A DNA stretch of 64,000 nucleotides from Octopus sinensis (GCF_006345805.1 NC_043007.1:41664001-41728000), one strand, 5' to 3'. Counted from the first letter of the stretch, positions 37,553 through 50,384 are shown. The notes: a model not told the origin generated them from the letters alone. Translations and numbers: made by a program.

Positions 37553-40167
37553 AAAATTTTTTGGTAATTCCTTGTGCCGATTTGAACGAATCACAAGAAG
37601 TTTTTTTCTGTGACGTACGTATGACCATGTCAACACTCCTGCTTGGCGTTGTTTATTGTCCCCCAAATTACCATCGGGACACACAGCTTTGCAACATCCT
37701 CCGAGCTGCTGCCAGGAAAACAGCCACTTATGTGTTTATTGCAGGCGATTTCAATCATCCTGAGATCGATTGGGAAACCTTCCATTGGCCACAGAGTGCA
37801 AACGATTTTGTTGAGCTTGTGCTGGACTCAAACTGGTCGCAAGTAGTCACCTCTCCAACAAGAGGCGACAACACCTTGGACCTGCTCTTCACCACAACTC
37901 CTGAAGCGGTTATCAATTGCACTACGGAGGAACCTCTAGGTGACTCTGATCATGCTATGATCATCGCCAATCTGGCTCTTGCGGGCAACAAACACCTGAA
38001 CCATCTCCAATCTGCTTCCTTCGATTGGAAGAGAGCAGATTGGAACCTGTACCACACTGAACTACAGCACCCAAACTGGCGTGAATTCTACAACTCTGGA
38101 GATGTGAATACTATACTCCAGAGTATCCTGGACTCAATATGGGCAGCATGTGCAGCATCAGTGCCACGTAAACAAAAAGAAGAACCGCCCCAAAAGGGCA
38201 ATTTGGGAAACTTCAGCGGTCCGACTTGCCAGGAAGGAACGTCGGACTGCTGAACGGGAATACATTGCATAAATCAGACACCAACAGGAAGAAGCGGAAT
38301 AAATCCTCCAACCATCTCAAGCAAGTGACAAAAAAGCAGTGCTTGAATTTGAACAGTGCATAGCAGCCAATCCTGACAGCAAGGTTTTCTGGAATATGTG
38401 CATTCAAAGCAGAGACCTCACTCTCCAGTGGGCCCTCTTCGCAACCCTCACACAACCAGATCACTGACGACCCCAAGGAATGCGCAGAACTCATTGCCGA
38501 GTGCTATGCAAACATATTCACTGTTGAAAGTCAAAATGTACCATCTTCACCATCACTAACAGCAAACTCCATAACAACTATGGAATTTACACCTGCAATG
38601 CTGCGACGTCACCTTCAAAATAAGCGCAACTATGCCTCCCCTGGTCTCGATGGAGTTACATACCTGCTTCTCAAACGTGGCAGGCACTTCCTTTTACACC
38701 AGCTTTCTATTTTCTTCCAGTACTGTCTCAACAATGGTGCTACTCCGGAGCAGTGGAAAACTGCCAGTGTCATTCCTCTGTTCAAAAAGGGCGACCGCAC
38801 ATCACCTGTCAACTATCGCCCAGTCAGTCTCACTAGCTGTATTGCAAAACTGATGGAATCGTGTGTCAGAGAAACACTCTGGAACTTCTGGAGCTCTCAC
38901 AGTCTCATCCGACCCTCACAATATGGATTTGTCCCTAACTCCAGCTGCAGTGACCAGCTTGTCGAGTTCCTTGAGGACATTACTCAGATCACTGACAGTG
39001 GCTCATGGGTGGATGTTGTCTACCTTGACTTTGCTAAGGCTTTCAACTCTGTGCCACACAAAAGGCTTATGGTGAAACTCTCTGCAATGGGTGTGGGGGA
39101 TGACCTTTTTAACTGGTTGAAATCCTTCATCCTCAGCCGAAAGGAGGTAGTCACAGTTCTAGGACAGCACTCTACACCATATGAGATGTCATCGGGTGTA
39201 CCACAGGGATCTGTCCTTGGTCCCCTCTTGTTTGTGGCATACATTAATGACATAGATGCCAATTTAAAGAATGCCACAGTATTGAAATATGCAGACGACA
39301 TCAAGCTGTACCTTGAAATCAAGAGGACAGATCCTGATGTCTACAACTCTTTCCTGCAATCAGACCTAGACACAATGCAGCAATGGATCACAGACTGGCA
39401 ACTGAAACTGGCTGTGGACAAGTGTACCACCATGCATTTTGGGAGAAAAAACCTGCGTCCACATACTCCCTCCACAACACTGATATCAAGAAATCCTCTT
39501 GCGAGCGTGACCTAGGCATCACTGTCAGCAGTGATTTGCGTTGGACAAAGCATATCTCTAAGATTGTCAGGAGGCCGAGGGTGTCTTGGCATCACTCAGC
39601 AAGACTTTTGTTAGCCGCTCTCCAGCCATCTATTTAAAACTGTATACAGCTATGGTACGACCACACTTGGAATTCGCATCATCAGTTTGGAATCCCTATC
39701 TTGCTCAGAACATTGACCTCCTGGAATCTGTCCAGAGACGTGCAACCAAACGCATACCCTCCATCAGACACCTACCATATTCTGAGCGCCTTGTTTCCCT
39801 GGGCATGGATTCACTGAAGCTCCGGCGTCTGGCGACGGACTTGGTAAACACCCACAAGTTATCAACCACCTCACCAACAACAACACTGAACACCTTTTTG
39901 ATCTCCATGTGTCTAACACACGTGGACATGCCTACAAAGTCAGAAAACAACACAGCTCCCATGACTTTCGGAAACATTTTTTCACGCTCAGAGTTGCTGA
40001 AGCATGGAATAAACTGCCTGCGTCAGTTGTTGACTGCCATGACACTGCATCCTTTAAGGCCCTCATGCTTTCCGAAATCCGCCGAAACTACACCTGATTA
40101 TATATACACTTTAGATGAGTTGTAGTGCACCTGAGCACTGTACACAATTATTATTATTATTATTATT
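37553..40167 (+). mobile_element. 5'-truncated CR1-clade LINE (partial APE + RT), copy 1
   Basis: AGDFNHPEIDW (APE); YLDFAKAFNSVPH, GVPQGSVLGPLLF, YADDIKL (RT); C-terminal TRGHAYK..FFTLRVAEAWNKLP; (ATT)n tail. Confidence 0.92.
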
Positions 40168-40771
40168 CATTCACATCATGTCTATACTAGTACCCTCATC
40201 TCCTCTGCCTACACTGACAGGTACTTTTAATGCCAGGCTCACATATCTAAATTTTGTACTCAAATTAACATTACATGTCCAAGTATTCCCAACAATGCAT
40301 AATAATTTTTGATCATCATATCATCACATCGTCGTTTAACGTCCGTTCTCCATGCTAGCATGGGTGGACGGTTCGACCGGGGTTCTGGGAAGCCAGAAGG
40401 CTGCACCAGGCTCCAGTCTAATTTGGCAATGTTTCTACAGCTGGATGCCCTTCCTAACGCCAACCACTCCGTGAGTGTAGTGGTGCTTTTTATGTGCCAC
40501 CTGCACAGGTGCCAGGCGGGGCTGGCAACGGCCACGGTCAGATTGGTGTATTTTATGTGCCACCGGCACGGAAGCCAGTCGAGGCGGTGCTGGCATCGGC
40601 CACGAGTCGGATAGTGCTTTTTACGTACCACCAGACCAGGGATCCTGGCTGGTTCAATTCGATTTCGATTTTGCTTGCCCCAACATGTCTTCACAAGCAA
40701 AGGGGGTTGGCAAGGGTGCCTGTCGTACGGTCGCATTGGAGTATATTATTTATACTGTCTCTCCTTTTCAG

Positions 40772-40801
40772 TGTGAGAGAAATCATTTGTTGACAACAGA
40801 G
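40772..40801 (+). CDS. Candidate 30-nt microexon A (CERNHLLTTE) of an unidentified plus-strand gene
   Basis: tctctccttttcAG acceptor and GAG/GTAACT donor. Only the phase-0 frame is open. Near-identical copy at 43211-43240. Confidence 0.5.
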
Positions 40802-40919
40802 GTAACTGCTTCTTTGCCTTTCTTAATAAGAATTGCAATTAATCCAATTAATTCTTCTTGGTTTATGATATTACATAACTTACACTTAAGTACATAGGCT
40901 ACATGCAGAATACATTCTT

Positions 40920-41130
40920 TTTACTTGTTTCAGTCATTTAACTGCAGCCATGCTGGAGCACTGCCTTTAGTTGAACAAATCGACCCCAGGACTTATCATT
41001 TGTAAGCCTAGTACTCATTCTATCGCACTCTTTTGTCGAACCTCTAAGTTACAGGGATGTAAACACACTAATGTCAATTGCCAAGCAATGGTGGGGGGAC
41101 AAACATAGACACACAAACACACACAAATAT
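40920..41130 (-). mobile_element. SINE (ttacttgtttcagtcatt..gccatgctggagca family)
   Basis: Homologous to 54615-54800, 29885-30060 (opposite orientation) and a partial copy at 25270-25320. Confidence 0.55.
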
Positions 41131-41149
41131 ATACATTGCGTAGTGAGGA

Positions 41150-42475
41150 CCAGAGACATGAGTGTTTTGTATTGTATGACAGTGTGTGAGAGAGAATTGT
41201 GATATCATGTGTCTGTATGGATGATGGCTCACTTGCTTTTAATGATGCTGCAAAGAGAGAGACTTGAAGACACTACTAGGAAAGGTTGCTAAATGAAGAG
41301 AATGAAAGGGTGAAAGAGAGTCTGCCCAATGTCAACCCAACAGAGGGGCCAGCTTTTTGAATTGACACTACCTTGGTAGATAAAGCAATTAAAGGAATGA
41401 AGATAGAGAAAGCCCCTGGCCCATCAGGAATCACTGCTGAGATGCTTAAAATATCTGACAGTGTAGGCTGTAGTCTAGTCATTCATATAGTCAACCAGGT
41501 GATACATGAAGGAGTCATACATAATGACTGGTGTAGCAGCACCATAATCAACTACTACAAAGGTAAAGGTGTTGCATTAGATAGGAATAATTACAGAGGT
41601 ATCAAACTGTTGGATCAGGTGATGAAAGTCAGGGAGAGGGTCACAGCCCAACTAATTAGGGAGAAAGTTAGTTTAGATGCGATGTAGTTTGGGTTTGTGC
41701 CAGGGAGAAGCAACACTGATGCTATATTTCTGGTAAGACAGCTGCAGGAGAAATTCCTAGCCAAAGATAAACCTCTAACATTCTCAAGTGTAACTTCCCA
41801 AAACGGTAAGGATAATTTAGTAACTTTACTGATGAGAGGAACTTGCGAATGACCCATCCTTGTTTTTTCCTGTCCATCTTACATGGATGAGGACAGCTGA
41901 GTGAAGAAGTGTCACACCCTAACAATGGAGGGAAGCTGTAGAAGAGATAGATCCAGGAAGACATGGGACAAGGTGGTGAAGCACAACCCTCAAACGCTGA
42001 GCCTCACAGAAGCAATGACAAGCAACTGAGACCTTTGGAGATATGCTGCACTTGAGAAAACCCAGAGCATGTGAAATCGTAGCTGTGGCTGATGCCAGTG
42101 TCACATAACTGGCCCATTGAAAAGTACCTTTCAATCACTGGGCAATATGCTGTTGAGTCAAGTAAAATCATAGTCGTGGCCAACGCCAGTACTGCCTGAT
42201 GGCACCCATACTGGTAGCATGTAAGACGCACCATTTGAGCATGGCTGATACCAGTGTTGGTGGTATGCATGTAAAAAGCACCATTTGAGTGTGATCGATG
42301 CCGTGTAAAAAGCACCCACTACACTCTCAGAGTGGTTGGTGTTAGGAAGGGCATCCAGCTGTAGAAACCTTGCCAGGTCTGATTGGAGCCTGGTGCAGCT
42401 TCCTGGCTTGCCAGCCCTCAGTCAAACTATCCAACCCATACCAGCATGGAAAGTAGATGTTAAACAATGATGATA
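41150..42475 (+). mobile_element. Internally deleted RTE-clade LINE
   Basis: ORF 41373-41687 (KAPGPSGITAEMLK, NNYRGIKLL) homologous to 20905-21459. Jumps from the KDKPL region to the C-terminus, then 3' UTR and atgatgat tail. Confidence 0.8.
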
Positions 42476-43006
42476 CAATGGGCTTCTTTCAGTTTCTGTC
42501 TACCAAATCCACTCACAAGGCTATAGTAGAAGACATTTGCCCAAAGTGCCCAGCAGTGGGAGTGAACCTGGAACCATGTGGTTGGGAAGCAAACTACTTA
42601 CCATGCAGCCAAGACAAATTTTTCCACATTCTTAGTTTAAATTGCCTAAAAAGTGAATATTTTTCACACAAAATTTTAATCCTTTCATTCATTCTAATCT
42701 CTGGTAAATATATGTATTTGCTTCACTGAACTTGCCAGAAATATAATTCCTCATTGTGTGTCCCCAATCAATTTATGTTTGAATTTCAGAGTTATGTCCC
42801 TTGCCTTTCTTACCAAAAATTGTCATTAAGACTCATAATTTTTCTTCTCATTACAAGTTAAATTTCAACTGATTAAAAATATATTTTGGTTCACATTACA
42901 TGTTCAAAGGACTTCATTGACTTGGTTTTCTCTCCAACTTCTACTGATCTTCAGACAGTCAATGTCCAAGTATTCCCACAATGCAATAATATATTTTTGA
43001 TATATA

Positions 43007-43184
43007 CTGTATTTTAACGTGTATAAGAAACCCTCATGTATAAGAAGCCCCCTAATTTTTGAGGCTTAAAATTTGGAAAAAAGTTTTATAAGGGATTATA
43101 ATACTATCCATGTATAAGAAACTCCCATAGATTTTAGCCTAATTTTTGACAAAAAAGGTGTTCTTTATACACTTTAAAATATGG
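43007..43184. mobile_element. Tc1/mariner-pogo-type MITE
   Basis: TIRs ctgtattttaacgtgtataag / tttatacactttaaaatatgg flanked by TA on both sides. Confidence 0.6.
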
Positions 43185-43210
43185 TAATTCAAATTGTCTT
43201 TCCTTTCCAG

Positions 43211-43240
43211 TGTGAGAGAAATCCTTTGCTGACAACAGAG
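43211..43240 (+). CDS. Candidate 30-nt microexon B (CERNPLLTTE) of an unidentified plus-strand gene
   Basis: tctttcctttccAG acceptor and GAG/GTAACT donor. Differs from copy A at 2 positions (one His/Pro change, one synonymous). Confidence 0.5.
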
Positions 43241-43557
43241 GTAACTGCTTCTTTGCTTTTCTTGATAAGAATTGCACTTGATCCTAGATTTCAACTGATT
43301 AAAAATGAATTTGTTCCCCCTGTATCTTAAAGCATCACAAATAATTTTCTTCAAACTTTGCTTTTGTGACCTGGACATCAATGTTTTGAAACTGACCTAT
43401 TTTCCATTACATTTCAGACAGATTCAGCAGTGAGTTGCTGAAGCAGAAATATCGTTATAGCAAATATTCTGCTCAATACCACTGACATATTTGTCAGTTG
43501 CTTAACATTAAGCACTTGAGCATGTCCCCTAGTGGCTGACAATATGTTAAACTCTGG

Positions 43558-46500
43558 TTATAATAATAATAATAATAATAATAATAATTGTGTACAGTGC
43601 TCAGGTGCACTACAACTCATCTAAAGTGTATATATAATCAGGTGTAGTTTCGGCGGATTTCGGAAAGCATGAGGGCCTTAAAAGATGCAGTGTCATGGCA
43701 GTCAACAACTGACGCAGGCAGTTTATTCCATGCTTCAGCAACTCTGAGCGTGAAAAAATGTTTCCGAAAGTCATGGGAGCTGTATTGTTTTTGACTTTGT
43801 AGGCATGTCCACGTGTGTTAGACACATGGAGATCAAAAAGGTGTTCAGTGTGTTGTTGGTGAGGTGGTGGTGATATAACTTTGTGGGTGTTTACCAAGTC
43901 CGTCACCAAACGCCAGAGCTTCAGTGAATCCATGCCCAGGGAAACAAGGCGCTCAGAATATGGTAGGTGTCTGATGGAGGGTATGCGTTTGGTTGCACGT
44001 CTCTGGACAGATTCCAGGAGGTCAATGTTCTGTGCAAGATAGGGGTTCCAAACTGATGATGCGAATTCCAAGTGTGGTCGTACCATAGCTGTATACAGTT
44101 TTAAATAGATGGCTGGAGAGCGGCTAACAAAAGACCTGCTGAGTGATGCCAAGACATCCTCGGCCTTCCTGACAATCTTAGAGATATGCTTTGACCAACG
44201 CAAATCACTGCTGACAGTGATGCCTAGGTCACACTCGCAAGAGGATTTCTTGATATCAGTGTTGTGGAGGGAGTATGTGAACGCAGGGTTTTTTCTCCCA
44301 AAATGCATGGTGGTACACTTGTCCACAGCCAGTTTCAGTTGCCAGTCTGTGATCCATTGCTGCATTGTGTCTAGGTCTGATTGCAGGAAAGAGTTGTAGA
44401 CATCAGGATCTGTCCTCTTGATTTCAAGGTACAGCTTGATGTCGTCTGCATATTTCAATACTGTGGCATTCTTTAAATTGGCATCTATGTCGTTAATGTA
44501 TGCCACAAACAAGAGGGGAACAAGGACAGATCCCTGTGGTACACCCGATGACATCTCATATGGTGTAGAGTGCTGTCCTAGAACTGTGACTACCTCCTTT
44601 CGGCTGAGGATGAAGGATTTCAACCAGTTAAAAAGATCATCCCCCACACCCATTGCAGAGAGTTTCACCATAAGCCTTTTGTGTGGCACAGAGTTGAAAG
44701 CCTTAGCAAAGTCAAGGTAGACAACATCCACCCATGAGCCACTGTCAGTAATCTGAGTAATGTCCTCAAGGAACTCGACAAGCTGGTCACTGCAGCTGGA
44801 GTTAGGGACAAATCCATATTGTGAGGGTCGGATGAGACTGTGAGAGCTCCAGAAGTTCCAGAGTGTTTCTCTGACACACGATTCCATCAGTTTTGCAATA
44901 CAGCTAGTGAGACTGACTGGGCGATAGTTGACAGGTGATGTGCGGTCGCCCTTTTTGAACAGAGGAATGACACTGGCAGTTTTCCACTGCTCCGGAGTAG
45001 CACCATTGTTGAGACAGTACTGGAAGAAGAAAATAGAAAGCTGGTGTAAAAGGAAGTGCCTGCCACGTTTGAGAAGCAGGTATGTAACTCCATCGAGACC
45101 AGGGGAGGCATAGTTGCGCTTATTTTGAAGGTGACGTCGCAGCATTGCAGGTGTAAATTCCATAGTTGTTATGGAGTTTGCTGTTAGTGATGGTGAAGAT
45201 GGTACATTTTGACTTTCAACAGTGAATATGTTTGCATAGCACTCGGCAATGAGTTCTGCGCATTCCTTGGGGTCGTCAGTGATCTGGTTGTGTGAGGGTT
45301 GCGAAGAGGGCCCACTGGAGAGTGAGGTCTCTGCTTTGAGTGCACATATTTCCAGAAAACCTTGCTGTCAGGATTGGCTGCTATGCACTGTTCAAATTCA
45401 AGCACTGCTTTTTTGTCACTTGCTTGAGATGGTTGGAGGATTATTCCGCTTCTTCCTGTTGGTGTCTGATTTATGCAACCTGTATTCCCGTTCAGCAGTC
45501 CGACGTTCCCTCCTGGCAAGTCGGACCGCTGAAGTTTCCCAAATTGCCCTTTTGGGGCGGTTCTTCTTTTTTTGTTTACGTGGCACTGATGCTGCACATG
45601 CTGCCCATATTGAGTCCAGGATACTCTGGAGTATAGTATTCACATCTCCAGAGTTGTAGAATTCACGCCAGTTTGTGGGTGCTGTAGTTCAGTGTGGTAC
45701 AGGTTCCAATCTGCTCTCTTCCAATCGAAGGAAGCAGATTGGAGATGGTTCAGGTTTTTGTTGCCCGCAAGAGCCAGATTGGCGATGATCATAGCATGAT
45801 CAGAGTCACCTAGAGGTTCCTCCGTAGTGCAATTGATAACCGCTTCAGAGAGTTGTGGTGAAGAGCAGGTCCAAGGTGTTGTCGCCTCTTGTTGGAGAGG
45901 TGACTACTTGTGACCAGTTTGAGTCCAGCACAAGCTCAACAAAATCGTTTGCACTCTGTGGCCAATGGAAGGTCTCCCAATCGATCTCAGGATGATTGAA
46001 ATCGCCTGCAATAAACACATAAGTGGCTGTTTTCCTGGCAGCAGCTCGGAGGACATTGCAAAGCTGTGTTGTCCCGATGGTAATTTGGGGGACGATAAAC
46101 AACGCCAAGCAGGAGAGTAGTGTTGACATGGTCATACGCGTCACAGAAAAAAACTTCTTGTGATTCGTTCAAATCGGCACAAGGAATTACCAAAAAATTT
46201 GAACGAACGTAGACCATCACACACCACACACGGCGGTTAGTGTGGTCCTTACGGAAGAGGTTGTACCCCGTAATGTTGAAAACCCCATCACAGAGTAAGG
46301 AATGTGCCCATGTTTCCGTGACAGTGATGAAGTCAGGGTCAACACTTCTGACGTAGGCGTTGAACAAATGTATTTTGTTGCATAAACTGCGAGCATTTAA
46401 GGACAACAATTTGTACCCTGCTCGCAGTTTATGATGGTGGTGTGTAGAGGATGGCAGGTTGTTCTGGCTTAGTTTCCCTGAGTTGCTGTAGTCTTTTTAG

Positions 46501-47810
46501 TTATTGTGGGTAGAGAGCACTCAGACCAGCTGGTATCTCTCTTCCACGTTTCAGCAGTCTTGACAAATCTCCAGATTTGTCCATCTTCCGAAGACTGAAG
46601 CTTTCCTGTAGAGCTGAGTTCCTATTCAGGGAAGCCACTACACGTAGCTTCGGACGTACATCGGACGGTAAGCCTGGGCGTGTTCGGAAGGTGGTCCGAT
46701 TTTCCCGCCCAACTTTAACTGAGGCCAGATGGTAAGAGGTTGCCTCAGTGGGGTCCGTAAAAGACAACTTGATGAGCCTAGGTTTTGGGCCAGGTCGTCC
46801 AAGGCGGATAGCACCCGTTGGGGGAACGCAGCCTAGGTCTTTGGCTGAGTTGGCAGCAAAAGCCTGAAGATCAGCCATGTCTTCTGGCACCCCAATGGCA
46901 ATGACTTCATGGGTGGCAGAATCCGCGGTCTTAAATGCGACAAGAGGTAAAGGTACAGGGAGGTTCTTTAGCAGAGCATTCCGATAAGACCCCTCATTGT
47001 GGAGTCCAACCTGAATGGTTGCTTTTATTCCTGCTACTTCCCCTTTTAAAGCACAGATCGATTGTTGCAGTTCTGCAAGAACCGCACTGGTCAATTGGTG
47101 TTGTTGTTGTTGCTGTTGCTCTGGTTGTGGTTGATTTTGTTGTTGCTGTTGTTGTTGTTGCTGCTGCTCTGGTTGTGGTTGATTTTGTTGTTGCTGCTGC
47201 TCTGGTTGTGGTTGATTTTGTTGTTGCTGCTGCGTTGTTGTTGCTGCTGCTCTGGTTGTGGTTGATTTTGTTGTTGCTGCTGTTGCTGTTCCGCCTCCTC
47301 CACGGGAGTGGCAGGGGGAGACACAATCGTCGGTTGTGGAGGCACGCAGGCCTGACACTGAAAAGTCCAAGATTTAAGCTGAACCATCTTCAGAGTCTAT
47401 CCATCATAGCATTATGATGGCTCTTTTTTTGGCCTGGGATCTTCTGAAAGTCCGTGGCACATTGGAGGCAGACAGAGATGAGACATGTCCCACATTCGAC
47501 CCAGCGATTACGGAACGTATTTTCGGGTTCCGTACAGATGTGGCAGGTGTGATTTTCTGGGCAGTGTTCTATTTAGAGCAGCGACCAGTCTTATCGCACG
47601 CCGCTATGGATTTCACCATGGCGATTCTGTGGTTCTGGTCATCCGTAGAGACAGAAAATGTAAACAACAATACGATAAAAGTAAAATATAAAATATTTGT
47701 TTTTGATTCGTTCTTTTTTGTGTATATTCCTTGTTCTTAAATATTGTGTATGTATATACACATGTTTCGTTCTTTTTTGTGTATATTCCTTTTTTTCTTA
47801 AATATTGCGT
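43558..47810 (-). mobile_element. Near full-length CR1-clade LINE, copy 2 (5' UTR, PHD-finger/polyQ ORF1, APE-RT ORF2, (ATT)n tail)
   Basis: ORF1 about 47630-46501 with WVECGTC..VCLQCA..WTFQCQAC and a Gln-rich repeat. ORF2 from about 46420 (LLSLNARSL, VTETW) through the RT ORF 45163-43610. Frameshifted. Nearly identical to copy 1 over about 2.6 kb. Confidence 0.9.
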
Positions 47811-47811
47811 G

Positions 47812-49232
47812 GGTTAATATCTAGATCCGCACCCGGTGGAAAAAATGGAAACGCAAATGTGTAACAGTTGTAAGGCATCGTATATTGACGTAATAAGACG
47901 GAAAAAAAGGGCGCTGACGAACGGGGGGGGGGAGGGGGGTCGGAAGGGGGGGGTGGGGGGTCGGAAAATTCCCAGGATCAACCGTAGAGGATCCACGCCC
48001 AGGTGGCAAAAATGGAAAAAAGTATGTGTAAGAGGTGTAAGGCATCGTGGGGGGGGGGAGGGGCTCGGAAAATTGCCTAAGTCCTTAAAGAAAAATTTAC
48101 CATCAATTTTCACCATTTAAACGCATTGTTGCATAAGGGAAGTAACTCTCTAAAATCTCTATATATAAACGGCAGTTTTTCTGTGTGTCTGTCAGGTTGT
48201 ACCCTCACCCTGACCACGGCTTTCAACCGATTCTGATGAAACTTGACACACACATAGCCCAATGTCATAATTCAAAACTAACGCAGCGAAAATTTTGAAA
48301 AGTTCCCCCAGTTCTGAAAAAGATCGATAAATTCGACATGGGGTCGAGAATTTCAATTTTTGCTATTTTCAATATTTTTCAATATTTTTGCTAAAAAATG
48401 CTTTATAGTTATTTCCCTTACAAACCCGAGCAACGCCGGGCGATACTGCTAGTCTATATATATATTTTTTTTATTTTACAAACAAAAAGTGAAAACTGAA
48501 GTAATGGAATTTGAATTTTTGAAGTTGCGATTGATAATTATTCTGTGACAATCAATAATATTGGGAAAATATAATCTGTACTTACCACATGCGTGGTAGA
48601 TTTATGCCAACAATGCGTTTAAATGGTGAAAATTGATGGTAAATTTTTCTTTAAATCGTAGGCAATTTTCCGAGCCCCCTCCCCCCCCCCGTTTGTCAGC
48701 GCGCTTTTTTTTCGTCATATTCCTTCAATATACGATGCCTTACACCTCTTACACATACTTTTTTCCATTTTTGCCACCTGGGCGTGGATCCTCTACGGTT
48801 GATCTGGGAATTTTCCGAGCGCCCTCACCCCCCCCGTTGTCAGCGCGCTTTTTTTTCGTCATATTCCTTCCAATATACGATGCCTACACCTCTTACACAT
48901 ATTTTTTCCATTTTTGCCACCTGGGCGTGGATCCTCTACGGTTGATCCTGGGAATTTTCCGACCCCCCCACCCCACCCCCGTTCGTCAGCGCCCTTTTTT
49001 TACGTCTTATTCCGTCAATATCGATGCCTTACAACTGTTACACATTTTAGATTCCAGGTTGATCCTGGGAATTTTCCGACCCCCCCCCACTTCCCCCTTC
49101 CGACCCCCTCCCCCACCCCGTTCGTCAGCGCCCTTTTTTTCCGTCTTATTACGTCAATATACGATGCCTTACAACTGTTACACATTTGCGTTTCCATTTT
49201 TTCCACCGGGGGTGCGGATCTAGATATTAACC
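47812..49232. mobile_element. Foldback-like element with modular long inverted arms built from about 120-bp repeats
   Basis: Terminal ggttaatatctagatccgcacc / ggtgcggatctagatattaacc. Left arm 47812-48137 mirrors right arm 48601-49232, which holds about 5 tandem units. No TSD found. Confidence 0.7.
48156..48452 (+). mobile_element. Non-autonomous Helitron nested in the foldback element
   Basis: A|TC...hairpin CTAG|T, inserted at an AT dinucleotide. Highly similar to 1825-2208. Confidence 0.8.
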
Positions 49233-50384
49233 GATTTTTTTGCAGTGTAGTCCGTCACATAAATAGTGTGACTTATTTTCACTCTGCACGTATATACATG
49301 TGTGCTACAAGTATCTATGTATGTATGTATGTCACTGCTTTATAAATTTTGGACGTACTACTGTCGTTCAACGATTTCTTTTACCCTCAATACACGTGGT
49401 GAATCTTCCATTGTAGATCTGTGGTGGTTGTAGTAATATTTTCTCTTTAGTTTCCTCGCCAAATTGATTATACCCTAATCAAACCATTTGTTTGTCTACT
49501 TGTGAATGTGTCTTTGTTTTAGTAACATTGTATTTTCCTCCTTTTCCTTTTTCATTCCCATATTATATGGAACTTCGGTGGACAGCTACTCTAAGACTCC
49601 AGCTGCCGGTTCGCCGGTTAATCATATTAAAAAATTAACAGATTTGTTATCTATAATGCTAGGAAGCATAATAACTAAGAGCTCAACTCATAATTACATT
49701 GTTATATGCTTTTGAGTTGAAAATTTTGATATTATAGTATTCTTAAATAAATTACATTGCATTGTTTATTCATTTTCCTGATGACAAAAAATCTTTCATC
49801 TATTTGATGTGGAAGTGGTTGTCATTGGATGAATGTCTAGGGATATTGAATGATAAGCTACAGCTATCACTTGCAATCAAAGATGACTGTATCAGCTGGC
49901 ACCACATTTTTACTAATGGTTTAGATGTCCATGTAGTTGCAAGTGGATACAAACACCTTCTCAACCCTCCAACACTTCACCCCAGCAGAACATCTTAGAC
50001 AGTGGTTCTCAACTACTTTTTGCCTATGGACTCCTTTGAGCGTGATCGTTGCCAGAGCAGCCAACTGGCTTCCATGAGCAAGAGTAGTGGGGGAACATCA
50101 TAGCTAGGTATTGAGAGGGATTTTTTGGATTTGAATAAATGTAACAAAAGCAAAGTTTGAAGAAAATATTAGCCATTTTTCAGACTTTCTAGGGGTAAGC
50201 AAATAGGAAATAATAGTTGTTACCAAAGGACAAAAATTGTGTTACACAGTGTAATCTGATAATGTAGATGTCTGTGCCAGTATGGTAAATGATGTATGTG
50301 TGTATGTATGCATGTATATATATGTGTGTATGTATGTATATGTGTATATGCATGTATATATATGTGTGTATATATGTATATATA

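Noticed and set aside
46935-47417. Thr/Ala-rich and Leu/Val-rich alternative ORFs (mucin-like or membrane-like)
   Set aside because: Shadow frames of the CR1 ORF1 polyQ repeat.
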